Assembly (NCBI GenBank): GCA_905178155.1
Contig: CAJINV010000003.1
Location: forward strand, 888,035-952,034
Length of the DNA: 64,000 bases
Reading direction: 5' to 3'
Source of the DNA: Amoebophrya sp. A120
Taxonomy: Eukaryota; Protista; Dinoflagellata
In this document: one piece after another, positions 1 through 15,000 of the stretch
How positions within the stretch are numbered: position 1 is the first letter of the stretch
How the letters are laid out: every line of letters starts with the position of its first letter
The notes under the pieces: model-generated
What the model was told of the DNA's origin: nothing
Seen by the model: the letters and a program-made list of their open reading frames with translations, nothing else
The model's database searches: none
Made by a program: the position numbers and the translations under genes

Positions 1-1147
1 ATGAACTGGCTTTGTGTTTGATGCACCGTTCTGTTTTAACAGATGATTGAAGTCCAGTTTATTTCAACGGACAGAGGACGAAGGTAAAAAATCGGTGCAG
101 TTGAGTATGTTTTTTGTGCCTCGACCACTACATGAACATGCATCAAAAATGCTAGTACGCAAATGAAGACCACACTGATGGTCCATGTCGAACCAAAGAT
201 GTTTTTTCGTCACCGCTCAACAAGTTTCAAGTTCAAGCTTGCCAACCAATCATGATATAACCAGCCCATTCTTAAAACACTCGTTTTTTGATCGTGACCC
301 CTTATTTCTACCCCCTGTTCATCTTTGCTTTCATTTTTTCCCCAAGGTGGACAACAAGAACTTCTCGTCCTCATGATGTAGCTGTCTGTAGATCGTTCTT
401 TCACAATTTTATTGGTGTCCAATATGAAGGCAGAGAGTTCTGCATCATGTGTACTAGTCGAGCTCCGCCAGACCCAGACGGCTTTTCACCCACCACACTA
501 AGTATTAAAACCCCAATCGCTTCGCGGTCTTCTCTGCTCATCTGTCCTCTTACGAACGTACAACTTAAGTCAAGAATTTTAGGAATATTATCTCAGTCGC
601 GAAGACGGAAAGACTCGTGAAAAAAGTATGATGTTGCAGCTGCATCAGCGTCAAGCGATGTTGGGATAGTACTACTCAAGAGCGTGATAGAGCAGACGAA
701 CGGCGCAAGAACGGCAACGGCAACTGGCGGAAGTAGTGCACGACATCATGATACACAGAGGACACTCTGCCAAGAAGACGAAGCAGAGTACTACGTAGGA
801 TCAGGAGAGCTGCGGAATTTTGATGACTCTTGCAAAGCCTCAGCAGAGAGGCATGATAGCGTCGCGGCCATCGACGGTTTGTTGAAGCTGCTCCCCGGCG
901 AATTGATTGAGCGAAAGCAGAACCGCTTTTGCCCTTTTGGTTCTCCTCCCTTGTCAACCAACTAGGATTCTGATTCTATGCGACGACAAAGACGTCAGAC
1001 GAGCCGAACAACAACAACTTCTGGTGTGCTGTCCACCTTCAAAAGAGAAAACGAGCAAGCAACTACGACTAGGACGACTACGACCAGAAGTACAACTAAA
1101 ACTATAGCGACAGGTCTTTATACAACTTGCAACCCGCCGGCAACATC

Positions 1148-4100
1148 ATGACTGTGTTCGAGGAAATGGTAAAGTACCATGCGGCCTGCATCCAGGAGCT
1201 ACCGCCCTCGGATCAGCGTGCGAAGTTTCAGCTCCAGGAGGACAAGTTGCTAACGCCTGCGTGGACCAACTTAATCGATGTTGTATTGCAGGGGATACCA
1301 CTCGATCAAGCGGCCACGACCGGTACAACAGGTGGAAGCAACAGCAACACTACTTCCATGGCCGTCGCAGCAAACGCTGCTGTTGTAGATATCACAGGTG
1401 CGTTCCCCACGACAACTATGAACGCCGGGAGCAGTAAAACAGCTACGAGCAACACAGGGCCCGACATAAGCAACTTCAGCCTTAGCAACGCCTCTCAACT
1501 GAATCCCCCTCTGGACGGGCGACAGACCAAATTTGTGATCGAATCCCTGCTGCACATGACAAAAAACCCTAATTCAAAGTCCTACCAGTACTTGCTGAAT
1601 TCTCGTAAGGAGAAGGTAATCAAGATCTGCGAAAAGGTGATCACTTCGTTTCTGCCGATTCTGGGCCTGCCTGGCCTGGGGGAGGAAACCAACAGACTCG
1701 TGCTTTTGTCGATGGAACTGTTAGCCAGATTCGACACCGCGGCGTTGGAAAAAATTATGCTTGCGAGCTGTATTTATTCCACTTGCTTCTGTAGTTTTTT
1801 ACTCCTATTTTCACGGAACAACATGCGTAACTGTATCGATTCGACTTTGATAGAAAATTGTGTACTTAGTATAATCTTACTTTGACTTCATTTACGAATA
1901 GCAACGGCAGAAGAATATGTGAATGTTGACGACAAGAAAGGATTCTTGCATGAGCAACATTTCGTTGACTGTACTAAAAATTCTCGAAGTTCTTGTCGCG
2001 CATTATTAAGTAAACCTTGGGACGAACCACAGGCACTGCCGCGAGCGCACTCCGCAACCAACCGGAGACGAACCACGCCGCAACAACCAACATGAGTCCT
2101 CACAACATATCATTGAACCGTAGCCACATTTTGTGCGTGACCCTGTCTATGGAGGCGGTTCACGCCGTGCTGAAGCGGCTGCACCCCTCGCAAGCGCCTC
2201 CACCCTGGAAAACGCGGCTCAGTTTCGCCAAAACGGCCGCAGAACTGGTACAGCATAGCGCATCCCCCTTCGCCTACAGCAGCTCGACGGGCGGCGGCGC
2301 AGACCACGGTGGTATCCAGCAGCAGGACGAGTTCGTGCTCAAAGTCGCCTGCGTCACCCTCATAGGAACGCTGATGCAGTGCTCGAAGCTGTTCGTCGAC
2401 GCGGATTTGCCCACGGCCGCACAGTTCGTCCCCGTGCTCATTCACCAAATCAAGCACACCGACTCCAGGAAAGTTTTCATCGAGGCGGCCTGGGCGCTGT
2501 ATTGATTTTTTAGCTTATAAATTTTTATTTTATTCTTTCAAACGGTGCCTGCTTAACGATGAACCTGAGATTTTGAGTTTTTGTGTCTATGCCAACATCT
2601 CCTTTTCGATAATACTGCCAGTACTTTTTGCCTGCAAATCGAATTCTCGTGTGGTTGCAGGTGAAGATCTCCTGCTGAAGTGCAGTATCTATGTCCGGCC
2701 TTCTCGTATTGTAATCGAAAAATATCGCAATATCAGGTCAAAGCTGACCTGCGGGAATCGGTTCGCCTGTGAGCACATGAGCACAAGTTTTTTGCTGGAA
2801 GCTCTGCAGTCATGTGCGGAGCAACAGAAGCCGGCGATTCGCCCCTTCACCGTGCTGATTCGTCGTATCGCGGGTCTCGCTGGGATAGCGGAACTGCTGG
2901 AGCGCTTCCTGCAGATGATTGAGCAGAAGAGACTGCAGCAGACAGGGGACCCAGCAGGAGCATCCCAGAACATCAACAATGCAGCAGCTGCTCCCGGGAG
3001 CAGTGCACTGTATCGGGAATTGGTGATGCACCTGTGCTGGGTGATCTCGGAAGACACCGAGGACGAGGAACTGTCCGCCGTGAAGGGTGCGAACGACGAG
3101 CCGACGCTGCGAAGATTATTGCAGGCGCTGGCGTCGGTGATTCAGGAGCACACCAACCCGGCTCGGTTTTCCGAGATGGTTGTCGAGGCCGGCGTCAAAG
3201 CCATCGCGAGACTGTATGGGAGTGTCAGGATCGAAATCGACAAAGTCGAAATCGAAAAATTTGTAATGCATAAAATGTAGGGCACGCAAGGCCTGTGTTG
3301 GGGAGCAGGCAAATCAGACCGATTGCAAGCCTGTTTAGGGGAAGACGATGCGCTGCCAGAGTAGCATGACAGGAGCAGTCCTCTTTGCCCAAACAGCATG
3401 ACAAGCTGGATTTTGTTGCTCCCGAAATTTGTCATGCGCCAGCTCGAAACTGGTGCTCCAACTGCTAGCGATTTTATGCATCACAAATTATTAATTTAGA
3501 TTTCGTTGATTTCGATTCTGGCAGTTCCATAGTCTGGGGGAACTGCGTATGGAGCCGCGCATCCTCCAGTTTCTGCGGGACGGGTTGAACACGAATTCCG
3601 CCAACATTCGCACGGCCACCCTGGAGGCGCTGTGCAACCTACTGCTGAAACAGCACCACCTGCTCTTCGTCCGCCAGGCGCCCCACGCCGCGGGGGACGC
3701 CACCGCCGCGCTGGAGGACATCCTGGCTCTCGTGAACAGCAATCTGGACGACAACACGCGCGCGACCAGTAAGGATGAACTCGGGTACTCGCTGCGCCTG
3801 CGCATCATTCTCGCCCCGCTCCGGGTGCGGATGGACAGTATCAGGACCAACACCTCCTTTGACGAACAGCAGTCGCGCTACTACCGCGAGGCCTTCCGAC
3901 GCGCAACCGACGCGATACTGCTGATGAGCACGACGGGTTCAAATGGTGGCCCGCAATGCGCTCATCATCTCCGCAGTTCAACATCATCAAATCGAAACAG
4001 TGGAACAACATCAACTTCGCAACCGCAAAAGACGTACTCCTCTGATGTAAACATAGAGGACGCCGCGTTGCTGCAGCAACTGCTGAGTTTTGGGTCCGAC

Positions 4101-5836
4101 CCCAGTGCGTCGAGCCCGAACGTCGCGACGCTTTTTAAGGATAGATTTCCGGTGCTCTGCGTGTGCTTCGGCGAGCTGCTGAATGACGAGATGTTTCCCA
4201 AGGAGGACGTACCTCAGGACGCGTTCGACCGCCTCTGTCTGGTCTTCTGCCGGTGTTTGCAGCAGTGCCTGCCCCCCAGTGCCTTTTCTGGTGCGATGAA
4301 TGCGAACAACCAAAACAGCTTCCTGGATCCGATGCAGATGAATTCCGATCTGGACCAATTCCACTTGCGCAAGTCCGTGTCGAGTGTTTCCTCCTCCACG
4401 TACGAGCACATGATCCAACAGAACACGGCCGTGGCGCTCCAGCCGTATTGCGTGACCGCGATCGAGATTCTCGCGCAGGCACTGCAGCTCTGCTCGCCGA
4501 AATTTCCCGTGGCGGAGGTCGCCATGCCCATTTTCGTGGAGACGCTGCGGCACATCCGCATCGATAAGCACGAGTTCATCTCGCAGGTGTGCGGTGCCTT
4601 CAACAGCTTGATCGCAAACTCCAGGAAAACCAACCTCCACCGCCTCTCCAGCATCAGCACCGCGGGTAGTTCCAGTGATGACCTGACCAACGTGCTGCAG
4701 CAAAACAACGTCAGCCAGGCGGCGTCGATAGAGAAGCGGTTACAGGAGCTGGGTTTAGACCGTATCCTGCAGGATTGGATCAAGTGCTACCCAGAGAACC
4801 GCAACCTGCAACGCGAAGCCTTTCTCACGCTGGGCCTCACGATGCAGTCGGCGAAGCCGATTTTGCAGCTGATGCAGTCGCAGTCTTTCGCCTTTCACAC
4901 CATCGTGGGAGCGGTAATCGCGTTGACCGACTTGGTGCGCTTGGGCTACGCCTACCCCGAAGACGAGGCATCACTCGCGCTCACTTTGGTACAATTTGAT
5001 GTCTACTTTGTTCACATTTTCGTGTATTGATGTCGTGGTGATTTTTTAGATCGTGTTCGTGATTGTCTGTCCACGCTCCTCTGAAAATAGACCTGCATGC
5101 GGGCAGCATTTCAGATTTAAGCTCATGTCTCTTCGTGCTGTTGTACTTCATCATGTGTCCGTGTGCTATACGTGGTAAAAAAAATCCATTTACATGTTTT
5201 TGACAGATCCAAGTGTCGATGCAGACTTTTAGCAACTCGCGTTCGAAGGAGGACGGCACGCTGGAGGCGCAGGCCGAGGTATGCGTGGGGTTGCTGGCGT
5301 CGCGCACCCAGAGACAGAACTTTTCCTTTCCAAAAGATAGCCCGCACTACGTGGATCCAAAGGCGAGCGCCACGTCCTCTCTGAGTTCGACGACGATGAC
5401 GAGCAATAACTCCTCGAATAGTAACCCGCAGAGCGCCTTTTCGTACAGTCAGGGACCCAATAGCGCGCCGACCTCGCCACACCAGCACGGCTTTGGTGCG
5501 CCACAGATTTCCATTTCCTCCCCCACCGGTGGGTTTAACACGAATCCTATGTACGGCGGCGACCAGCCGCAGCTTTCGCCGTTCAACAAGCCCATGACCA
5601 GTGCTGGGTCGTTCTTCGGCGCAGGGATTCCTAATCCCGCGAGCGGAGGGCAACAACACTCGCCGCACTTTCAACCCACTTCCATGACCAGTGCCACTTT
5701 CTCGCCAACGGCGGCGCCGCAGCCGGGCTCCTCACCGTTCTTCGGTGCTAGCAGTGGGGGGATGCCCTTCGGCTCACCGACCGGGGGACCGCCACTGCCG
5801 CAAATGGGAACCGCAACACTTTTCTCTCTTTCGTGA
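1148..5836 (+). CDS. Large ARM/HEAT-repeat-like helical protein, 5 exons: 1148-1769, 2033-2498, 2737-3214, 3537-4988, 5207-5836
   Basis: Consecutive + ORFs join in frame across GT-AG introns 1770-2032, 2499-2736 and 4989-5206 and the TAT..ATA element at 3215-3531. Spliced junctions read AAWALSKLTCG, KAIARLGELRMEP and ALTLIQVSM. ARM-like motifs include EAAWAL and IRTATLEALCNL. The tail is S/P/G-rich. Confidence 0.65.
3215..3531. mobile_element. Intronic TIR element (introner-like), singleton family
   Basis: Ends tatgggagtgtcaggatcgaaatc / gatttcgattctggcagttccata are imperfect inverted repeats. Flanking repeats are gactg (3210-14) and gtctg (3532-36). Removing 322 nt restores frame. A nested GT-AG pair (3224-3524) would also restore frame. 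Confidence 0.85.
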
Positions 5837-6863
5837 ATGCAGATGCACGGAAGGAGTGCACGACGTGTATGATAGGAGATTGATACAGATAGGGATTATA
5901 TCTTCGTAGAACAGAACAGGGTGGTCACATGAAGGTAGAAATGTGAACTTCTGCGCGAAATGAACCAGGCGAATAAGTGCAGCTGCCAGCTGCAAGGAGG
6001 AGATTTTTTAAACTTACAATTAGGGTCTACAACAGTTTCTGTTTCGCAATCATCACGACCTTTGGTGCGAGGTCTCGCCGAGCTTTCCGCACCGGAAATA
6101 ACGAGCCCGCGTGCTGCCTGCTTCGCTATCAAGTGAAGCACAGGGGTAGGTGTTCGACTTGGAGTTGATATTGAACTTGATCGAGATCGCCGCCGCGAAA
6201 CTTTGCTGCACAGTTGTATTTTTGCTATTCATCACAAAAACATTGAAATTGATCTGAGAAGTGAATAATCCAAAAATCCGTCTGAAGATCTACCCACGAG
6301 GACATCGTGAAGTAGAGAAAGAGATCATAGCTGTGGAATTTTGCCTCGGTCAAAGTCCATCACTTCTTCACGACGATCACCTTTTGCACCTTCGTGATTT
6401 TTCAGAAACTGATCTTGATCTGATGCTGATTGTTCCAAGAAATCCAAGCCACATCAAACAGAGCTTCAGTAAGTGCAGGGACGATCCTTTCCGATAAAAG
6501 ATAAGTTGTCGAAGCAAGCCTGTTTGTCGAAGCGAGCCTGTTTATGGCGATGACGAAGACGATCCGATAAATTTTTGATGGCTGCAATAAAGACAGTAAC
6601 CACGACATAATCCTGCTATATTTGTTGTCTTGTGGTGTATCAGGCTTGATCGGAGCATCAAGCTCGTGTCTTCTAAGTACTCTGCCATGATGATCAAACT
6701 GCAGGAACAACAGGACGCCCCCTTGTGTAGCCACCAAAACAATTTTTTTTGAAAGGTAAATTCCAATGAATTTGAAGTTTGGTTTTGAAGAAGTTGCGGC
6801 CCCTTACTTCTCCTAAGTCTTCAAAGCAGCCATTGCAAATAAAAAGCATACTGATACTTGACT

Positions 6864-9800
6864 ATGTCGACCGCGGAAGAGACTGTTCTGACGTTGGTCC
6901 GTGCTTTGGCGGACGGCAAGTGCACGGGTGAGCAGCAGAAGCAGGCCGAGCGAAGTTTCAACGAGCTTCGGGATGGCAAGCCAGAAGACTGCTTATCTGG
7001 TCTCCTGACCATTATGGACCGGGTGTGCGAAGGGTCCGCAACAGCAGCTTTGTCCAAAGAAGACACGGCCATCGCGTCGTCCGCTCTGGTGTTGTTGAAG
7101 AACACCATCCCCAAGGTCTGGTCTGCCCCGACCGTGGCTCCGCAGCAGGCACAGTTGTGTGAACGTTTGACGACGTGCTTCTTGAAGGATACCTGCCCCG
7201 CGACGATTCGCAAGAGCGTGGGACACGTGATTGAAAACATTCTGGTGTCGAAGGACTGCGGGGGGGACGTCAGGGACCTGTTAAGAAAAGGTATACTTAG
7301 TTCTAGTACTTCGGGCTTTGTCAACACTACTGGGTTTGGAGAAAACCTTCGTTTTGTTGACGTTGACCCGCTTAGACTTACATCTTGATGAATTTCAATT
7401 TTTGTTCTGTTTTCAACGGAAGTACTCGTATTTCTATTTTCACAGAATAAATTTCCATTGCAAATTTATTTGCAAAAATCACGATCAGAACTGGTTCCGA
7501 CCCTGGGCCGTGCTTTGGACCAGAATATCGCCGCCCACCTTGGTCCGGTATTGCAGTTCCTCGTGGACGGTATGCAGGGCTTGGTCTTTTTCGAGCAGGT
7601 CTGCATGCCACATCAGGCGAAAATGGAGCAGCTTCTTCTGACGGACCCCAGCCAGCACAACGTTCCCCTGGGCGGCGAGCTCCGCGCACTCCTGTTCCTG
7701 CGCATTGTCGAGTGGACCGCGGCGGAAAAAATTCCGCACGAGCTGGTGAAGAAATTCGTGCCCGCCGGAGTGTTACAAGTTCTAATCAACTCCGATAATA
7801 CGACAAAGCAGAAGGAAATCCTGCAGGCAATGGTGGAGGCCGCCGGGAAGAACATCTTCTCCGCCCAAGTCGACGCGAATTTGCTCCACGCCGGGATCCA
7901 GGCGTGCAACCAGGTCGCGCAGAAAAACGAGGAGGAGCTTTTAGCCACAGCCATCGAGACCATTCTCGCACTTTTGGAAGCGGAGGAGATCGAACACCTG
8001 GGCAAAACCGATTTGCTGCAGCAGGTCCTCTCGCTGGTGTTCAACATGTGCCTCAGGATCGACGTGGACAACTACGATTCCTGGATTGAGGAGAGCAACG
8101 ACGAGGACGACACGGAAGAGGAGGTTGGCGTGGGCCTGGACGCGCTGGACCGCCTGATGCGGAAAACCCAGCTGGACGACGAGTCGGACCCGGCGCTGTT
8201 GCAGCCCTTTTTCGCCAAAATGCAAAGTGAATTGCAGGCCAACAACTGGGCCCACAACGTGTCGCGTTTGTTGATGCTCCAGTACGTTTTGGCGTACGTG
8301 CAAACGCCCGAGCATTTGGAGCAGGTGACCAAAGCGGCGCTGGACACCGTGGTCAACATGGGCAGCAACGCCCGCGAGCGGTTCGCCGCCTGGCTGCTGC
8401 TCGGCGAGTTTTGCCAGAGCAAGCGCGAGTTCTCTCTCCGCGATGAGCAGACAAGGCAAGCCTGGATTGAGGCTTTGACCAACGCAATTGAGAACGAAAA
8501 GTGCACCCGGGTATTGGCAAAAGCCCTCGACTGCTTCCTCTACTACGTGGCCGACGACAGCTCGCTGGAGCTCGAGGACATCGAGGCCTTTGCGCCAAGG
8601 CTGCTGAAAAACTTCCTGAAGATTGTGGAGGAAGCCGACCAGGTGTTCGACACACGGGATAAGGGAGGCTGCTCCAGCACGACCGCTTGGAACAGCAACA
8701 ACGCTCCCGGCACCCCTTCGACGGCGGATGGCCAGAGTCCGGCGCACAGTGTACTAGGCAACACGAGTAAGTCGCACGACGTGACGAACCTGTCCGCGAG
8801 GATGAAGCTGGTCCTGAATCTCCAAGTGACCGCACTTGGCTGCATAACCGGCGTCGCGGAAACGATGCAAGAGGAGGGCGTGCGCAGTTTCTACAGCGAT
8901 CTGATGCCACTACTGTTCAAGGTGATGGAGAAGAACGGCAGCAGCGCGGACTCCCGGGAGTTATTGGGCGCCGCGATCGAGTGCGCGAGCACGCTGGGCA
9001 GCTACAGCACGCCCGAGCAGTTCGCGGGCGACGCGAAACAGATCTGCAGCGCGATGTGCAACGTGTTGCGCACGGCCACCATGGCCGACGACCCCGTCAA
9101 GGACTACGCGTTCGCGGCCGCGGACAAACTCGTGTCCGTGATGAAGCAGGACTTTGTGCCCTTCCTCCCTAGCTTCCTCCCGGAGGTGTACGCCCGACTG
9201 AAGAAGGAGGGGTTTGACGCGACCGATAAATCCGCTTTGGAGAACCTCTCCCACGACGACATCTCCGCCCAGCAGATGGAGATTTCCATGACAGTTCGGC
9301 TCGACCCGAAGACCGGGGAGCAGAAGCTGCTCTGCATCAAGACGGCCTACATTGACGACCTGCACAACGCGCTCAGCGTGCTGCAGAAGTTCTTGGAGCA
9401 TTTACAGGGAGATTTCATCCCTTACGTGGAGCAGTGCGTGCAGGAAATCACCCCGTTGTTAGATTTCGAGTACGACGACGCCGTCCGCGCCAGCGCGTAC
9501 GACGTCTACGCCGAAGTGGTCAAGCTGTGCACCAAGGCCGACAAGAAGCCCGCCGCGCAGTCGCTGGTGACCCAGTTTGCGACCCACGTGCTCGCGGCCT
9601 GGAAAAAAACCGACGAAACGGAAGCCATGGACCCGTCCGCAACGCGGACCCAGGCGGACGGCCTGGAGAACGTACTGAAAGCGGCCGGCCCGGGCGTACT
9701 GAGTGTCACGCAAGTCAACGAAATCGCGAAGGCCTGCATCTCGCAGCTCAAGTCCACGCTGTCGCGCGAACACAAAGACCAGGACGAGGAAGACCTGGAT

Positions 9801-11087
9801 ATGGAGGGAGACTTGCAGGTAAAGTTGTGTTTTCATGCGGACTTCGAGTTTCGCTAGATATTTCTATTTGATGTCCTATGAGCAAAAGCAAGCCAAGTTG
9901 TCCAAGGTCAATGCAACGGGCGCAGCAGCGCTGCTCGACATATTTCTTTATGTGTCATACCCATATGGTGAACGTCACGGCCGCACTTGGGACTCCTGGT
10001 CCTGGTCGTGCTCCCGTGCATATTCATGAACTTGAACATGTAGGAATACTAAAAGAACCACGAAATCATAAAATCCGAACAGGTCTCTCTAGTAAGCGCG
10101 ATTGGCGGGTTGATGCAGCACCACCGCGAGGAATTTGCACAAGAAGGATTCGCCCTCCACTCCCAACTGATGACGGAGTGCATCAACAGTCCCGACCCGG
10201 AATTGGTTCGCGTGGGTCGGCTGATCGCGGCGGACTTTTTGGAACACATGCCGAACCACACAAAGACCTTGTGGCCCACGGTTCTGCCCAAGCTCATCGT
10301 TGCGGTGGACACGAAGAGCATCCCGGAGGTCGTGCAAGCGGGGGCGTTTGCCCTCTCGATGCTGGTCAAGGAGCCGGAATTCGCACTGACGGGGGAAACG
10401 AAAAACGTCGCGGACCGATGTGCCAAGTACGTCGAAAAAGTCGCTGGCTGGAAGAAGGGAAGCCTGCCAAAGGGCATGCAGTTCGCAAGCGACAACTGCC
10501 TTGCTTGTCTCGGAAACTTGCTTCTAGCACACGGCACGCAGCTCGGTACTCATTTTCATTGATGTGGTTTTGCTTTTGCGCTTTTAAGTTATGAAACTAG
10601 CACAGAGACAGACGACCGAGTTGTTACTCATTTTTCGCGATTTCTTTGTACGTTCGTTACGAATGTAGAACGAAATCGCGAAAAACGTAGATGTTGGACT
10701 TGGAGACGGAGAAGGATCTCGCAATTCGAAAATACAATCGTAGAACAACCTAAAACTTGTACAGGTGAAAACGAAGCCCGTGGTATGTGGCAAGGCTGGA
10801 TGAAGTGCTTGCCTCTGAAGGAGGACGAGGAGGAGGCCGTTCGGGTGCACGAGTCACTGGTTGATCTGGTCCTCGCCCAGGACCAGAGGGTTCTCGCCAA
10901 CCTCGACGAAGCCGTTCGCGTCATGACCCTCGTCTACAAGACACCGATGGCGAACCAGCGCATCAACGAAAAGATCGTCAAGATCGTCCGCGGCGTCAGT
11001 AGCACCTTGTTGGAAAAGGCCATATCGGGCTTTTCAAAAAAACTGCAAGCCAAAGTGCGTCGTATCTATCAAGACGTCAATGCATAA
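6864..11087 (+). CDS. Importin-beta family karyopherin (importin-5/Kap121-like), exons 6864-7290, 7489-9818, 10083-10545, 10765-11087
   Basis: HEAT-repeat protein with acidic loop EESNDEDDTEEE followed by ALDRL, plus GAAIECASTLG, PLLDFEYDDAVRASA and C-terminal WMKCLPLKEDEEEA...HESL, all typical of importin-4/5. GT-AG introns 7291-7488, 9819-10082 and 10546-10764 are phase-compatible. Confidence 0.85.
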
Positions 11088-12070
11088 AGGAAAGCGAAGC
11101 TTTCACTTTTGCCCTCAATCAAGATCATAATAATGCAGCCGAAATCTAGAGAAAGGCAAAAGGAAATACTATTTCAAAGAATAAACTTCTAAAACTTGTG
11201 TACCAGTCGCGCTTCTGGTGAAGGTTGTTACGGTCTGACTACAACCGACGAACAAGTTGCTTTCCAACGTGTTGCACATCAAATTTGATCTGAATGTAGC
11301 GAAGCGCCTCGCCACCTCATCGTCTTCAGGCAAGCGAGCAGCTCCAGCCTGTCTCCTGGTACTTGATCTCGACGTCAGTACCAAGCTGGTTTAAAAGAAC
11401 TGTGTTCCAGTACTACGACTGAAAAGGATGCTTGTCATTCTTCACACCAATGATGTGACATCGGTCCGTTGTTTGTTCTAATTGTGATCCGTTATTCTTA
11501 GCCCACCCCTTTGCAGCAAGGTAAGACATACGAAAAGGAGCGCGCATCATGCGCTGCACAAAAAAAGAACTACAACATGATGATGATGCTCTCCTGATGT
11601 GTCGGTCCCGATGTAGTCGCGCACGTCGACCACACCAACATGCACATCCTTGACAATTGCCTTGTCAAGTGAAGTTGATTTTGACTGTGTCGCTCATTCC
11701 AATTTTCCCGCCAGATCCATGGTCCCATAGACGTATTTATAGTTTCCCTAGATCATCTGCAATCAACACAAGAAAGTCATTCCCTTGCATTAGACCACCT
11801 CCTTGTAGTTTCCTGTACGATCATCAGCATCATGTTTTGTTTTTGGATTTAGCGATTGATCATGTTGAGTTCGTATTTGCTTTGTTTCGACCTTCAGTAA
11901 AGAAATCCCAAGAAGATGAAGATGAAAAGGAAGATCGTCCTGTAGTCCCCCTGTACCTGTTCATGCCCTTGTTGACCGGTTTAAGATTTTAACTCCATTG
12001 TTTTGGCCGTGTTACCGCTAGAAACTACTAGCATTTTTCATAGCACCAATCGAACAGCACCCACGCCACC

Positions 12071-15000
12071 ATGTACCCCATCATTTACGACGGTCTTTCG
12101 GCCGACCGCATCCCCCTGCAGATTCCCCATCTGCGTAGCTCCTCCACCACGAACTCCGCTTCTCGGCGCAGTTCCAGCACCACCTCCGCACGAACTTCCA
12201 GCACGGCCTCGAGAGCAAGAAGCACCAGAAGCACTCGGGCGACGAGCATTGCGGACGAGGAGGACGAGGATGTTGACGCGCGTACTACTGCAACTAGCAC
12301 AAAGACTGGCGGTGACCAGCGTAATTGTACGAGCCACGGGGACGAGGAGGACGACCCGGTAGATCATAATGGCCGCCTAGGCGGCGAAAACGATAATGAA
12401 CCCAACACCGAAATAGCGCGAGATGCTTCCGCCTCCTCCAACAAGCCCCTTCCCAAATGGCGGCTTGTTGACCTTTTCCCGCAGCTCCCCCCGCCCCAGC
12501 GGTTTTTACGGTTTGTGGACTTGGAGGAAGGGGAGGTGCTGACGCGAATCGATGTGGAAAAGGAGCGCGACTTGGACTTTTCGAATCCCTGGGAGCTTGC
12601 CCTGATGCGGCCCGGCGTAGACGCAATGGGCCAGCACGAAAAAGACGAAGAGATCTTGGGGGGCGCGGCGATAACTACAGGTGGTGCTCCTGGCGGAACA
12701 ACTACAACTTCTGGTGAAAGCGCAGGGGCGCAACAACGTCCGGTGTACAACTCGCCCAGGACTCACTCTATCGACTCCAGCACACAGGCCAGCTCTGCTG
12801 GTGCCCGGGAAACTAATAATTATACAGGCGGCTCTTCAGTGTCAACCGGTCGCATCAAGATTGACGATCTCATAAACGCCGACATGAATCATGAAAATGA
12901 TCGAATACCTCCGAACAATACCGTAGACGACCCATGGGGGCGGGCGCCTGCCGCCCACATCAGCAGCAAAACGTATTCCACGCGAAATCGGCATGCAGCG
13001 TTTCTGAAGAACAACTTCGGCACCGCACGGCAGGTAGCTACGTATATGACGGATCTCTACGCCCATTTTGCAGACATTTTGGTGCACGAGGGCCGTGTAA
13101 GTGGGGACTATCGAAACCGGATCTTGATTGACACCTTCATGGACTCGGTGCAGAGTGGCAAGCCCTTCTACAACCCCGATGACGACTACTTCCAGCAAGA
13201 AGTCGCTTCTGGAACAGCAGACTTGTTCCACGACAACAGTTGTGCCGCGGTGGATAATAAAGTAGAGCGGGCTCCGACTAATTATAGAGACGATCGCCAA
13301 CATGATGTTCAGCGGCCCGGTACTTCTGCGTTGCCCGCTCCAGGAGCCACGACGGACCACAATTCGGAACTCGCATCCCTCTACACAAATCGAAGCGAAA
13401 GCGGGGCGCACTTGTCCGAAATAGGTATCGACTTCTCTTCCAGCTCGTTGGCGGACCTGCAAGACGAAAAGACGCGACGTGCTAGTAGTACAGTAGACGA
13501 ATCGTCTACGTCTGCAGTCATTCGACTTGCTGGACAACAGGAGGTCGTGAAAATGGTGTCTACTTCATATGACAAAAATTCGAGAGAGTCTCTGAATTCC
13601 ACTAACTCGTCAAACAGCTTCTCTCCGCGCGTTCGAAGGTCCTCGGGTACGAACCTGGAGCGGTGGCGGCCAACCTTGGCCGAATACATGTATGTTGCGA
13701 ACGCGGCGATTGCGCAGCTGAGCCAGAATCCCCGCCAGCTCGCCGGATTTCTCGGCTATGCCGCATCCATGGCCCCTTTAGGTATATTCGCGGAGACCCT
13801 GCAGGCCGTGCGGCACTGCTGCGGCATCTACGAGGATAACTTGCTTGTTCCGAACGGTGTCTACTCGCTGGACTCGATGACCTCCACACATCAAGGTGTG
13901 TCATTAAGCCGCGAAGAGGAGCTGGAAGAGCTGTCCTCGTTGCACCGGCAGACCAGCGGCAGCAGTTTCGCCGAGTACCGCCATACGCCTACGAGATCAG
14001 CGCAAGTCGGAGCTGCACCCATGGCCATGGGAGGTGTCGGCGCTAGTAGTCCGCACGCTGCACGCACTTCAACCTGGGAAAATGGGAAACTCGTGGAACT
14101 GTCGACAACCTCAACCACTGGTCATGCCAGCACGTCGGTGGAACACGATTTTTATCAATTACAATACCTCCAGTTCCAGAAGCTCGAGAACGAGGTGGCG
14201 CAGGCCATGAGCAACAACTCGACGAACTTCAAGCACGACAACCTGCCGCCGCAGATTCGCATCCCGCCCAAGGAGCACATGTTCATGGAACAAAATAGCG
14301 TGCTACTCGAGTACCGAGGCAGCCCGGCGGGTTTAGATGACAAGCAAAAGATGAAGCTTCTGTCCTCGATTCTGAACCAGCGCGCTTTTTGCGCCAAGAC
14401 GCCGCTGAGCCTGGCTTGCGAGAAAGGGCGCCCGCAGGTGGTCCGCGCGCTGCTTGCCGAGCCGCTGTTGGACGTTAATTGCATTTCGGGCTTTGGGCGC
14501 ACCCCGCTGATGCAGGCCGCCGCCAACGGGCACGAACAGGTCGTGCGGTTGTTGCTGCAGCATCCGGAGCTGCACGTAGCACGACGATCGGACACCAACA
14601 CGACAGCACTGTACTCCGCGGCGGCGGCAGGACACGGCGTTATTGTTGAAATTTTTCTGGAATACTTCAAAAACCTTCACGCCGTCGCGGCCAAAACGCT
14701 TAATCATAGTACAACAGGACGAGGAGAAGTGCGAGGAACAGGAGCTGCTGGAAATCACGACCCACAAGAACAACTACACGAAGTCGAAGACCCTTCTTTC
14801 TCAAACGACTTCTCTCTGTCCTGCCATTCCCTTTTGTCGCAGATGTCGCAGAAGTTCGGTCGATCAGCCTGGCTGGCCTCTTACACCGGCTCGGTCAACG
14901 TGATCTCCGTTTTCTTGACGCATTTGCAAGGTATTAGAGGGCACAGAACGAGTTGTACCCGCCACGGGGCGCCCACGGCGCACCATCCAGGAGGACCAAA

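Noticed and set aside
1-1147. Short ORFs such as 684-965
   Set aside because: No motif or convincing splice connection. Probably UTR or intergenic, though a small exon cannot be excluded.
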